Shown: positions 10,290 through 19,383 of the stretch, piece after piece
Position numbering within the stretch: position 1 is the stretch's first letter
Layout of the letters: each line of letters starts with the position of its first letter
From: Candidatus Xenobia bacterium
GTDB taxonomy: Bacteria; Vulcanimicrobiota; Xenobia; Xenobiales; QWHO01
Assembly: GCA_045863235.1 (NCBI GenBank)
Contig: BTUM01000015.1
Span: forward strand, 54,254-118,253
Direction: 5' to 3'
Length of the DNA: 64,000 bases
Program-made: the position numbers and the translations under genes
Notes under the pieces: generated by a model
The model's database searches: none
Seen by the model: only the letters and a program-made list of their open reading frames with translations
Told to the model about the DNA's origin: nothing

Positions 10290-10978
10290 CGCACGTTGCG
10301 CAGCATCAGGCGGCGGGTCAGCTCGAAGCTCTCCTCTCCGAGCTTGAGGACCAGCTGAATGCGGGGCGGATCCACGCTCAGATCCACCGTGAAGCTCTCC
10401 ACGTGGCCGGCCAGCACCGCTCCCCCCCCGGCCAGGGTGGCAAGCTCGGTGGCGATAGGCGCGGCGGGCGGCGGGGGGTTGGGCTGCTCGAAGAAGGGCT
10501 CGTCGGGCTGGGGCAGGCGTCCCACCGAGGGCGGCTCGGGGGGCCACTGGCGACGATGGAGCTTGCGCTCCACCGGGTCGTAGCGATACAAGAACAGGGT
10601 CGTGCTCCACTCTTGCCCGCCTGTGCTGGTGACCGTGGTCAGAGGCTGGATCGAGAGCAGGGTGGAGTCGGTGGCGGCGTTGGTGGGCGGCACCAGGTTG
10701 ATTCCGGCCCGGGGCGCGCTGGAGAGGTCGGCGGCCAGGCGGTCCATGGCCACCTGGGCCAGCTGTTGCAGCTCGATCTGGGTGGCTCCCCGCCGTGTGC
10801 CCCGGCCCATGGGCACGAGTACCTGGGCCAAAAGCGTGAGCAAGATCATTAAGAGGGCCATGGCCATCAACGTCTCGAGTAGACCGAAGGCCCGTCGGCG
10901 CCGCGCGTGGCACTCTCCACCACTGAGCGCGGTGCTCAAGCGCGTTCTGATTCTGCGCGGGACTCTAGATTCGCACAT
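10283..10978 (-). CDS. Prepilin-like (PilW/PulJ-type) protein; start approximate
   Basis: RRRA-FGLLETLMAMALL cleavage/methylation motif with E5. Confidence 0.75.
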   Translation of the reverse strand: MCESRVPRRIRTRLSTALSGGECHARRRRAFGLLETLMAMALLMILLTLLAQVLVPMGRGTRRGATQIELQQLAQVAMDRLAADLSSAPRAGINLVPPTNAATDSTLLSIQPLTTVTSTGGQEWSTTLFLYRYDPVERKLHRRQWPPEPPSVGRLPQPDEPFFEQPNPPPPAAPIATELATLAGGGAVLAGHVESFTVDLSVDPPRIQLVLKLGEESFELTRRLMLRNVRY

Positions 10979-11357
10979 CGCACCGCACCGCTTCGCGAAG
11001 GATTTCCCGCTGCACCTGATGATCCATCCATACTACTCGCACCCTCACGCCCACCAGCAGGCCCGGGTCCACCCCGGCCCGGTTCACGGTGAAGAACTGC
11101 ACGGAGGGCTGGAAGGTGGCTCCCCGTCCGGGCACGGCTGGCAGGGCCTGGGCCGGCCCGGGCACCAGCTGGCTGAAGGGGCGCGTCAGCTGCTCCTCCA
11201 GGATCGAGTCAGCCAGGGCGTTGGCCTGCAGCCGCTGGCCGGAGACCCGTACCGCCGCCACCGAGGTGGGGTAGAGGTTGAAGATCAGTAATACCACCAG
11301 GGTGAGGATGGCAAAGCACAAAATGGCTTCGGCCAGCGAGGCTCCGCGCCGCCTCAC
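10965..11357 (-). CDS. Prepilin-like (PilV/PulI-type) protein
   Basis: RRRG-ASLAEAILCFAIL motif with E5; GTGA overlap with upstream gene. Confidence 0.75.
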   Translation of the reverse strand: MRRRGASLAEAILCFAILTLVVLLIFNLYPTSVAAVRVSGQRLQANALADSILEEQLTRPFSQLVPGPAQALPAVPGRGATFQPSVQFFTVNRAGVDPGLLVGVRVRVVWMDHQVQREILREAVRCDVRI

Positions 11358-12928
11358 AGGGTCTGCACCAACTTGACCAGGGGCAGCAGGGTGGCCAGGG
11401 CCACCACCCCGGCCATCAGGCCCATGGCCAGCATCATCAAAGGCTCGAGGGCGGCGGCGGCCATCTCCATGGTGGCCTCCAGCTCGAGCTGATAGAGCCT
11501 GGCCAGCCACTCCAGGGTGCCGGCCACGTGCCCCGACTCCTCGCCGGCGGTGACGGTGGAGAGAAAGGCGGTGGGGAAGAAGTCGGCCGCGGCCAGGCTC
11601 TGGTCCAGGCCAGCCCCCTCGCGCAGGGCATTCACGCTGGCTTGCAGGCGCTCTTGAAGCACGGGAGAGTTGGCGGCCGCGCCGGCCTGGGGAACGGCTT
11701 CCAGGATAGACAGGCCCACTCGCAGCTGCAAGGCCAGAGCCTGGGAGAACTGGGCCACCGCCACCAGGCGCCACAGCCGGCCGACTCGGGGCATCTCCAG
11801 CATGATGCGGTCGAGCTGGTAGCGGCCTTTCTCGGTCTGAAGATAGCGCCAGCTGAGAACCGAGAAGAAAGCCGCCCCGGCGCCCAGGGCCAGCAAGACG
11901 CGGCCGTCTGAGAGCGTGAACAGGGCCTTCGTGAGCCACGGCAGCTCGCCCCCGATCTGGTCGAGCATCTTCAGCTGACCTTTGAGCAGGAAAGGTGGTG
12001 CGGCCACGATCATGGCCATGCAGAGAACGAAGAGCACCGCGGGGTAGGTGAGGGCCGAACGCAATCGGAGTGCAAGGGCCCGGGCCCGTTCCTCGTGGTC
12101 GGCCAACCGGGCCAGCACCTCGACCAGGCTGCCGGTGGCTTCGCCCACTTTGATCAGCTTGAGCTGAAAGTTGGTGAACGAGGGAGAGGCCTTCTGCATG
12201 GCCACCGACAGGGGCTTGCCCTGCTCCACCTCGGTCAGCATGCGTCGGCACACGGCCACGGCCGAGGGCTCGTCCCCCAGCACCGTGAGGGCCCGGGTCA
12301 GGGGCACGCCGGCCGAGAGCAGCACGGGCAGCGAGCGCAAGAGCACCACCAGAGAGCGGTTGGAAAGGCGCAGGGCTCGGTCCGGCGCGGGCTTGCTGGC
12401 TGGCTCGGGCTGGTAGGTCTTGCGGGCCGAGGGCAACGGAGGAGGGGCCTGGAGGGGGGGGAGGGGGACCAGCTCGGGCGCGGGAGGTCGCTCCAGTTGC
12501 CACAGCTTCTGCTCCAGGTCGCGGGCATGGCTGCAAACCTTCATCAGGTCGAGCGAGGAGAAGGCCACTGCCCTGGAGCAGTGGTCGGCGTAAAGAACTC
12601 CCCGTACGCGCCTCTCGGCGTCTTGCACGGGCACGCACAGCACCGAGCGGATGCCGGTCAAGAGCACGCTGGAGCTCTCGGCGAACTCCGGGTCCTCGCG
12701 CAGATCTCCCGACAGGAGCGGGAGTCCCGACTCGATCACCTGTCGGACCAGACCCAGGCTGATCGAGGCGCTCCACAGGCCACGCATCCCCCGCGAGGCC
12801 TGCACCTGGAGCTCTCCCGAACCGGTGCGGTCGTAGAGGATCAGCACCCGCTCGGCCTGCAGGCCGTCCAGGACCCGGAACGACTCCTGGAAGAGCCTGG
12901 CGATGCTGGAGTCGGTGAGGGTTTCCAT
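11354..12928 (-). CDS. GAF domain fused to type II secretion F / PilC platform protein
   Basis: N-terminal GAF (DLREDPEF..SVLLTGIRSVLCVP..GVLYAD); two T2SSF repeats (LLSAGVPL, VGEATGSL..L, ALTYP; GEESG..L, LEP). Confidence 0.85.
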   Translation of the reverse strand: METLTDSSIARLFQESFRVLDGLQAERVLILYDRTGSGELQVQASRGMRGLWSASISLGLVRQVIESGLPLLSGDLREDPEFAESSSVLLTGIRSVLCVPVQDAERRVRGVLYADHCSRAVAFSSLDLMKVCSHARDLEQKLWQLERPPAPELVPLPPLQAPPPLPSARKTYQPEPASKPAPDRALRLSNRSLVVLLRSLPVLLSAGVPLTRALTVLGDEPSAVAVCRRMLTEVEQGKPLSVAMQKASPSFTNFQLKLIKVGEATGSLVEVLARLADHEERARALALRLRSALTYPAVLFVLCMAMIVAAPPFLLKGQLKMLDQIGGELPWLTKALFTLSDGRVLLALGAGAAFFSVLSWRYLQTEKGRYQLDRIMLEMPRVGRLWRLVAVAQFSQALALQLRVGLSILEAVPQAGAAANSPVLQERLQASVNALREGAGLDQSLAAADFFPTAFLSTVTAGEESGHVAGTLEWLARLYQLELEATMEMAAAALEPLMMLAMGLMAGVVALATLLPLVKLVQTL

Positions 12929-14220
12929 CAGCCCCCCCAACGACCCAGCGCGGCCACCAGGTGGGCCCCGGCTTCCTCCACGCTGGCAAAGCGCGATTCG
13001 GGAGCCTTGGCCAGCATGCGCAGCACGATCTGCTCCACCTCGGCCGGCATGTCGGGGCGCAGGCGCGAGGGGGGCTCGGGCTTCTCGCCCACGTGCTTGA
13101 AGAGCACCTGGAGCGGATCGGGAGCCTGGAAGGGCTGACGCCCCGTCAAGAGCTCATAAGCCATAACCCCCAGTGCGTATTGATCGATGGCTTTGTCATA
13201 GCTCACCCCCTGGATCTGCTCCGGGGCCATGTAGGCGGGAGTGCCCAGCACCGTGCCGGTCTGGGTCAGGTTGGTGGAGTTGTCTCCCCGGCTGAGGCCG
13301 AAATCCATCACCTTGAGCTTGTCCGAAGCTGTGAACATGACGTTCTCGGGCTTGAGATCGCGATGGATCACCCCGCGCGAGTGAGCATAGGCCAGGGCCT
13401 GGAAGAGCGGCAGCAGGACCTGGCCTGCTGGCTGAGGGGAAAGGCCCTCTCCGGTCAGTCGCTGGCGCAGGGTGCCGCCTTCCACCAGCTCCATGACCAG
13501 ATAGACCAGCCCGTGCTCCTCGCCCCAATCGTAAAGACGCACGATGTGGGGATGATCCATCTCCTTGCCCAGGCGCACCTCGCGCTTGAAGCGCTTGAAC
13601 AGCTCCGGGTCGCCGCTCAGGGTGGCCTGCAGCACCTTGACGGCCACCTCCTCGCTACCCCGGCGGCCCCGGTAAACCCGGGCCATTCCTCCCGCGCCCA
13701 GCTCGCCCAGCAGGTGGTAACCGCCCAGCTCAGCTCCTTCCAGCAGGCCGCCCTCGGCCCGGGCCAGCAGGTTTTCTAGCTGGCGGGCCCGGCGGTGGCC
13801 GCGGGTCAAGAACAGCACCGTGCCTCCCGCTCCGATCAGGAGCAGGGCTGCCAGGGCCAGCGGGAGCCTTAGCGACGCCAGGTGAGCCGCCAGGCTGGCT
13901 GGCTTGAGCGTTACGGGCGCCGGTTTTCCTCCCGCTCCCAGTGGCAACTCGCGGGCCAGCTTGAGGCGCGACTCCTGGATGGAGAAGGGCTCGACCTCAT
14001 AACCGGGCAGGCTGAAGCTGAATTCGAGAGTCCGGTCGTCTTGTCCGCTCAGGGGAACGGCCAGCGGGGCGCCGCTCAGCCCCAGCGTGCGGGGGCCCAG
14101 CTTGACCACGGCTCCATGCGGGCGAGTGTGGAACGTCACTCGATGCTCGCTGGGAGGCGGCTGGGCCGCAGCCAACTGCGTCAGCAAGCAGAACGTGACC
14201 CCCAACAGCGCGCTTCTCAC
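12928..14220 (-). CDS. Membrane Ser/Thr protein kinase with N-terminal extracytoplasmic PEGA-like domain
   Basis: Signal peptide, [12 protein letters not shown], then [33 protein letters not shown]. Confidence 0.9.
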   Translation of the reverse strand: MRSALLGVTFCLLTQLAAAQPPPSEHRVTFHTRPHGAVVKLGPRTLGLSGAPLAVPLSGQDDRTLEFSFSLPGYEVEPFSIQESRLKLARELPLGAGGKPAPVTLKPASLAAHLASLRLPLALAALLLIGAGGTVLFLTRGHRRARQLENLLARAEGGLLEGAELGGYHLLGELGAGGMARVYRGRRGSEEVAVKVLQATLSGDPELFKRFKREVRLGKEMDHPHIVRLYDWGEEHGLVYLVMELVEGGTLRQRLTGEGLSPQPAGQVLLPLFQALAYAHSRGVIHRDLKPENVMFTASDKLKVMDFGLSRGDNSTNLTQTGTVLGTPAYMAPEQIQGVSYDKAIDQYALGVMAYELLTGRQPFQAPDPLQVLFKHVGEKPEPPSRLRPDMPAEVEQIVLRMLAKAPESRFASVEEAGAHLVAALGRWGG

Positions 14221-14260
14221 TCTTTGAAGCGAATTCGCGTTTGAAGCGGCACTTCCCCGC

Positions 14261-15469
14261 TCAAATCGACTTGAGCTCGTTCTCCAGGGCCTTCTGGCGG
14301 GCACGGGCGGCCTCGATCTCGACCTTGGGCAGGCCGCCCATCTCGTAGAGCTCCTCCAGCTTCTTGAGGTGCTCGCGGCCATCGGTGACTTTCTTCTTGA
14401 GCTGGGCCAGCTTGGTGTTCTTGCCTTCAACGGCGTTCTTCTTGTAGTCGAGCACCTCTTCTTTGAGCTGGGGACTCTTGGCCACCACCCGGTTGACCAT
14501 GGCCTCCACGTTCTTCCAGCTCAGGCCTCGCGATTTCGCTTCCTGCTCGATGACAGCCAGGCGGCTGGCGGCCTGGTTGCGCTGGCCTTCCAGCATGGCC
14601 AGCGAGCGCTCGTTGACAGCCAGTAAAGGGCCCACGTTCTTGGAGCGCTTCTTGGCGTTGGCCAGCTCCTGGCGGGCCTGCTCGACTTCCTTGCGGGCCA
14701 CCAGGCCTTTCTCGGCGTAGTCTTGCATCTGCTTGAGAGTCTTCTCGAGCTCGGGCACGCGGTTCTTGAGCGACTTCGCGTCTGCTTTCAGGCGCACCCG
14801 CTCCCACTTGCGCATGGCCAGCTCGGAGTCGGACTCCTGGAGGGTGGCCTTGGCCACCAGCCAGGTGACCAGAAAGGACTCGGTGGAGTTGCTGGCCAGG
14901 CCCGCAAAGGGGCTGCTGGGGATGGTGGCCCCCTCCCCGAAGGGGATGTAGTTGCCCACCGCGTCGCGCATCTTGACGTCCACGTGGTCCAGGGCGATCG
15001 TTCCTAGCACGTCGCCGGGCAGGATTTGCTGGCCCACTGAGACGCTCGGGCTGATGTGCCCGTAAGTCACCGTCCAACCGGTGGGCATCTGGACGGTGAC
15101 TCCGTATTGGGGACCGTACCAGTGGGCGATGGAGATGACCGTGCCGGCCCAGCCGGCGGCGCAGGGGGTGCCGAAGGGCATGGCGATATCGTAGCCCAGG
15201 TGCAGTCCGGCGTTGCGCCGGTAAACCGAGACCGTTCGCCAGTCATAGAAGGTGCTGCTGACGAAGGCGCTCGGAAAGTAGCGCTGCTGGAAGGCCACCA
15301 GCTCGCCCAGCCCCTTCACGTCGCCTTTGGCCGGCCGGCTATCATGGATGCCGTAGTCTTCCCGGAGCTTCTCGACGACCGCCGGAACGCTGGTGGAGGA
15401 GGGCGTTTCGGGCTGCTGGGCCGCTGCGGTCAGGGTCAACAACAGACCGGCTAGCAAAATCCTTCGCAT
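14261..15469 (-). CDS. Secreted M23-family peptidase domain plus long coiled coil
   Basis: Signal peptide; HLGYDIAMPFGTP, TYGHI, VGQQI..GDVLG; second His motif reads HVD. Confidence 0.75.
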   Translation of the reverse strand: MRRILLAGLLLTLTAAAQQPETPSSTSVPAVVEKLREDYGIHDSRPAKGDVKGLGELVAFQQRYFPSAFVSSTFYDWRTVSVYRRNAGLHLGYDIAMPFGTPCAAGWAGTVISIAHWYGPQYGVTVQMPTGWTVTYGHISPSVSVGQQILPGDVLGTIALDHVDVKMRDAVGNYIPFGEGATIPSSPFAGLASNSTESFLVTWLVAKATLQESDSELAMRKWERVRLKADAKSLKNRVPELEKTLKQMQDYAEKGLVARKEVEQARQELANAKKRSKNVGPLLAVNERSLAMLEGQRNQAASRLAVIEQEAKSRGLSWKNVEAMVNRVVAKSPQLKEEVLDYKKNAVEGKNTKLAQLKKKVTDGREHLKKLEELYEMGGLPKVEIEAARARQKALENELKSI

Positions 15470-15606
15470 ACGTTCTCCAATATACCCGATTGGGTCCGTG
15501 AAGAAAAGTCGGCCTTTCCTACCAGCTCGTCCGAACAAGTTCTTCGCGGCAGAGTTACGGGCCCGACTTCTGCACTTCGCTCTAACGACTTTCTAACCGT
15601 TCAGGT

Positions 15607-15634
15607 GGAACTTTCGACCTGGCACCCTCGTCAA
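15607..15634 (+). promoter_or_regulatory. ECF-sigma-type promoter GGAACT-N16-CGTCAA, likely autoregulatory
   Basis: Matches ECF AAC/CGTC consensus about 40 nt upstream of an ECF sigma gene. Confidence 0.65.
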
Positions 15635-15674
15635 CAAGTCATACGAGGACATACCGGCAGGGTGCCGGTGGAGC

Positions 15675-16316
15675 ATGGAAGGGAAGACGATGCTGGCAGC
15701 CAAGACACTTGAAGCCGTAGAGAGACCGCGCATCCAGGCGGTGCCGGGCCAACGGGGAAACAATTTGTCGGAAGAAAAACCCGCTTCACGGTTGAAATCT
15801 TTCGAGTCGGTCTACCAGGAGTATTCCGGCCTGGTTTATCATCTGGCCTATCGCATGACGGGGAATGCCAGCGATGCCGAAGACCTCATGCAAGAGACCT
15901 TCATCCGCGTCTACCGCTTCCTGGACCAGTATCGCGGCGGCTCCTTCAAAGCCTGGCTCAACCGTATCGTGGTGAACCTCTACCTCACCCGCTGTCGCTC
16001 CAAAGCCCTCAAAGGCCAGGTATCCCTGGAGGAGGCCGAGACCAACGAAGCCCTCTGGTCGGCCGCCCAGGAAGCCATCACCGACACCAGCTGGGACCCG
16101 GCCAGCGAAGTGGAGCGAATCTCCCTCGATGACCGGATGCAACTGGCCCTGGACAGCCTGCCGGCTGAGTACCGGGTGGTCTTGATCTTGCGAGAGTTGG
16201 AAGACCTCAGCTACGAGGAAATCTCTGAAATGCTCGAAGTGCCGCTGGGAACGGTTCGTTCCAGGCTGGCGCGGGCGCGCATGCAACTACGACAGAAATT
16301 GGAGTCTGGTCGATGA
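15675..16316 (+). CDS. ECF sigma factor (RpoE-like)
   Basis: DAEDLMQETF, FKAWLNRIVVN region 2; LSYEEISEMLEVPLGTVRSRLARAR region 4. Confidence 0.93.
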   Translation: MEGKTMLAAKTLEAVERPRIQAVPGQRGNNLSEEKPASRLKSFESVYQEYSGLVYHLAYRMTGNASDAEDLMQETFIRVYRFLDQYRGGSFKAWLNRIVVNLYLTRCRSKALKGQVSLEEAETNEALWSAAQEAITDTSWDPASEVERISLDDRMQLALDSLPAEYRVVLILRELEDLSYEEISEMLEVPLGTVRSRLARARMQLRQKLESGR

Positions 16317-16963
16317 ACTGCCAGCAAGCACTGGAATTCATTTCTCAAGACGTCGATGGGCTGCTCGAGCAAAGCCAGGCCGAGCAGTTGCGTCATCATC
16401 TGGCTGACTGCCCCGCCTGCCAGAAAGCGCGACAGGACTTTCAGACCAACCGGGCCCTGATGCGCTCGATGTCTCCCCCGGCCATGCCGGAGGGCGCCTG
16501 GGGGCGTCTTTTGGAGAAGATCGTCAGCCACCCATCCGAGGAGACACCAGTCGTCGAGCCCGTGCCGGTGGTGCCGACCGGGCAGCCGGCTCGGGTGGCG
16601 ACTCTAACCCCGCGTCGCTGGGCTCCCGTGGGCCTGAAGGTCTTTCAGGCGGTGGCCGCCATGCTGGTGGTCTTCCTGGGCGGGCTCACCTTCCTGGGCT
16701 GGAGCGATACATCCATCCTCGAGACGGCCGCTGCGGCGGGAGATCACGGGGCCGTCATCCAGGGTCACGCCCTCTCGCAGGCCAGCGATCCGCTCGATGA
16801 TCAGGCGCGCTGGCACTATCTCGTCAGCGAGCCCCGCGAGGTGAAAGGGGCCCAGGCCATCTATCAGCCTCCTTCGCTGGGCTATCCGCCCTCAGGACCG
16901 GTCTTCGGCTCGCCTTCGCAGTACGCTGTCCCGGCCAACTACAACCCGGGGGCCAGGCCTTGA
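16313..16963 (+). CDS. Zinc-finger (ZAS) transmembrane anti-sigma factor
   Basis: MNC..HLADCPAC (HxxxCxxC), single TM, ATGA overlap with sigma gene. Confidence 0.88.
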   Translation: MNCQQALEFISQDVDGLLEQSQAEQLRHHLADCPACQKARQDFQTNRALMRSMSPPAMPEGAWGRLLEKIVSHPSEETPVVEPVPVVPTGQPARVATLTPRRWAPVGLKVFQAVAAMLVVFLGGLTFLGWSDTSILETAAAAGDHGAVIQGHALSQASDPLDDQARWHYLVSEPREVKGAQAIYQPPSLGYPPSGPVFGSPSQYAVPANYNPGARP

Positions 16964-18021
16964 GCAAACTGGCGTTGCTCTGCGGAGCCGCCCTCCTCAC
17001 GGGGGGCGTTCTCTTTGCGGTGATGCCTGAGCACTGTCCCGAGAACCGGTCCGCTCCCCAGCTCTTGATGGAGGCAGCCCGCAATCCGAAGGCCGTCTTC
17101 CAGGCCCAGCAGACCTCCTCGGTGGTGGCCGACGGCCAGCGCGAGGACGTTCAGGCCCGGGTCTCCCGAAGCGGCGAGTCGGTGCGCTTCGAGTACACCG
17201 CCCGGCCGGGTCAGCCGGCCCGGGTGGTGCTCGAGCGGCCCGAGGCGGTTTACGTCTTCTGGCCCACGGTGAAGGAGGGCTGGCACATTCCCCGTCGGCC
17301 CGGAAGCAACCGGCCGGTGGCCTGTCTGCAGCTCTGCTCCACCAACTACCGCTGGGAGAGCCAGCCGGTGGAAGGGGGACTGCTCTCCTTGACCGCTTTC
17401 CGCCGCCGCGACAACCGCATGACCCGGCGCTACTGGGTGCAGCCGGCTCGCCAGGTGGTGGTGGGGATGCAGTCCTACGGCTCGGACGGCCAGCCAGACT
17501 CGGGCTGGAAGCTCACCGCCATCGAGTTCAAAGAGTCCTTGCCGGCTGAGCTGTTCGAGCCTCCCACCACGGTGCGCCCGGCCCTGGAGGTCGAGCATCC
17601 CCAGTCGGCCGCTTCGCTCGAGGAAGCCGCCGCCCGCGTGGGCTTCACGCCAGAGATTCCCAACTGGCTCCCGGAAGGTTACCAGCTCGTGGAGCTCTGG
17701 TCGGAGAAGGTGCAGGGCCGTCCATCGGTGCGGCTGGTCTACTCCGATGGCCTGGAGACCTTCTCTCTTCTGCAGGCCCGTCATACCGGCGAGTCGACCG
17801 GGGACGAGAGCCTGGTGGAGGTCGCCCGCAGCCGCCAGATGGAGCTTTTGCAGTGGTCCGACGGGCAGCTGGACTACACCCTGATGGGCAGCGTCTCCAA
17901 CCAGGCTCCCCGCGAGCTGGCTCGCCAGCTGGTGCAGGGCGAGACCGCTCCGGTCGAGCCGGAGCGGGGCGTTCTGCCCATCTGGCAGCGCGGCTGGGAG
18001 AGGCTGGGCAGCCTGTTCTGA
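16960..18021 (+). CDS. MucB/RseB-like periplasmic regulator
   Basis: Signal anchor, LolA-like region (ELFEPP), PNWLPEGY..LVYSDGLETFSL; third gene of sigma operon. Confidence 0.75.
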   Translation: MSKLALLCGAALLTGGVLFAVMPEHCPENRSAPQLLMEAARNPKAVFQAQQTSSVVADGQREDVQARVSRSGESVRFEYTARPGQPARVVLERPEAVYVFWPTVKEGWHIPRRPGSNRPVACLQLCSTNYRWESQPVEGGLLSLTAFRRRDNRMTRRYWVQPARQVVVGMQSYGSDGQPDSGWKLTAIEFKESLPAELFEPPTTVRPALEVEHPQSAASLEEAAARVGFTPEIPNWLPEGYQLVELWSEKVQGRPSVRLVYSDGLETFSLLQARHTGESTGDESLVEVARSRQMELLQWSDGQLDYTLMGSVSNQAPRELARQLVQGETAPVEPERGVLPIWQRGWERLGSLF

Positions 18022-19331
18022 GCAGACTGGCCCATCTTTTCGATCGGGCACTGTTTCACGAGTCCTGGGCCTGTGAGGCGCTGGCTCGCGAGCTGGCTCA
18101 AGCTCAGCCGCTGGAAGTCATCGGCATCGACCGTGAGTTGCGCCGCTGCTATGCTCCCTGCACGGTTCTGGGAGTCGAGCGTTTCTTGCTCGAGCCTGAG
18201 GCGCTCTGGTTGCTGGCCGCCTTGAGCTGTCATCGCAGTGGCTACGTGCGGGCCGCCGCTCTGGGTCACCTGGCTGAGCTGGACGGTGACGGCTGGGCCC
18301 TGCCCTTCGCGCTGGTACGCCTCAACGACTGGGTTCCGGCCGTGCGCGCCCGGGCCCTGGACCTGGTTCAGTCTCACCTGGTGCCTGAGCGCAGCGGGCG
18401 CTGGCTCGAGTGCCTGCCTCTGGTGATGCGCCTGGAGAGCTGGACTCGGGCTGACCACTCGGCCATCCGCCGACAGATCCTGGAGAGCCTGCCGGTGGAG
18501 CAGCTCTGGACGGCGCTCGAAAGCCCGGAACGGCTGCTGCGCCGGGCGCTTTATCCAGCGCTGCTGGAGCGCGGTCAGCGTGAGGAAGTGTTGGCGCGTG
18601 CTCTCTCCGACCCCGACCTGGTCATCCGCCTCTGGGCCTGCCGCCAAGAGCCCCACAGTGACGAGCTCTTAGAACAGATGCTGGCTTCCACTTCGGCAGC
18701 CGTGCGCACGCGCGGCTTGCTCCAGTGGGGTCGCAGCCACCCGGTGCCGGGGTGGGCCCGGTTCGATCCCAGTCCCAGCGTGCGCCAGGTGGCCCGCTAC
18801 CTGGAGCCCTCGCTGGACTATCGCGGGCTATACCGCCAGGCCATCGCCGAGGGCAGACAGCTGGAGGTTTCCCTGGCTGCCCTGGTCAACTGCGGGCGCC
18901 GCGAGGACGCCGAGCTTGGGCGAGCGCTGCTCGACCATCCCCGTCCTCGGGTTCGTCGCCGGGCGCTGGAGTTGATCGCCGCCCTGGACCTGGACCGCTC
19001 GCTCGAGCTGTTGCTCGAGCGCGGGGCCTATCGGGCCCTGGCTCCCGTGGCGGGCCGGCTGGATCCGGCCGACCTCTTCGCCCGTCTGACTCCCCAGAAC
19101 GCGGCCCCACTCCTGGCCCTGCTGCGCCAGGGCTCCAAGTGGACAGGCCTGCGCTACCTGTTGCAGGCCGCGCCCAGATACCATGATGAGGTGGAGCGCG
19201 AGCTGGCGGTCTGGCTCAAGCAGTACAACTTGCGCCAGATCCCCCCCACCCGGGAGGAGCTGGCCGCCTGTCGCGCCGCTCTGGGACCGGGTCGGCCCGA
19301 GCTGCGATCGGTGCTGGAAGGCTGGGGCTGA
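18018..19331 (+). CDS. HEAT/ARM-repeat-like protein; start uncertain (CTG overlap)
   Basis: SGYVRAAAL, RLNDWVPAVRARA, ALSDPDLVIR, DPSPSVR, HPRPRVRRRAL repeats. Confidence 0.7.
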   Translation: MSRLAHLFDRALFHESWACEALARELAQAQPLEVIGIDRELRRCYAPCTVLGVERFLLEPEALWLLAALSCHRSGYVRAAALGHLAELDGDGWALPFALVRLNDWVPAVRARALDLVQSHLVPERSGRWLECLPLVMRLESWTRADHSAIRRQILESLPVEQLWTALESPERLLRRALYPALLERGQREEVLARALSDPDLVIRLWACRQEPHSDELLEQMLASTSAAVRTRGLLQWGRSHPVPGWARFDPSPSVRQVARYLEPSLDYRGLYRQAIAEGRQLEVSLAALVNCGRREDAELGRALLDHPRPRVRRRALELIAALDLDRSLELLLERGAYRALAPVAGRLDPADLFARLTPQNAAPLLALLRQGSKWTGLRYLLQAAPRYHDEVERELAVWLKQYNLRQIPPTREELAACRAALGPGRPELRSVLEGWG

Positions 19332-19344
19332 CCGGTCCACAGTC

Positions 19345-19383
19345 TTTGAGGGCTCTTTGAGCCTGCTTCGTTAGACTCCAGGG
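19345..19383 (+). promoter_or_regulatory. Box A: TTTGAG-N5-TTTGAG-N10-TAGACT-N6-ATG
   Basis: Perfect TCTTTGAG direct repeat at 11-bp period. Confidence 0.65.
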
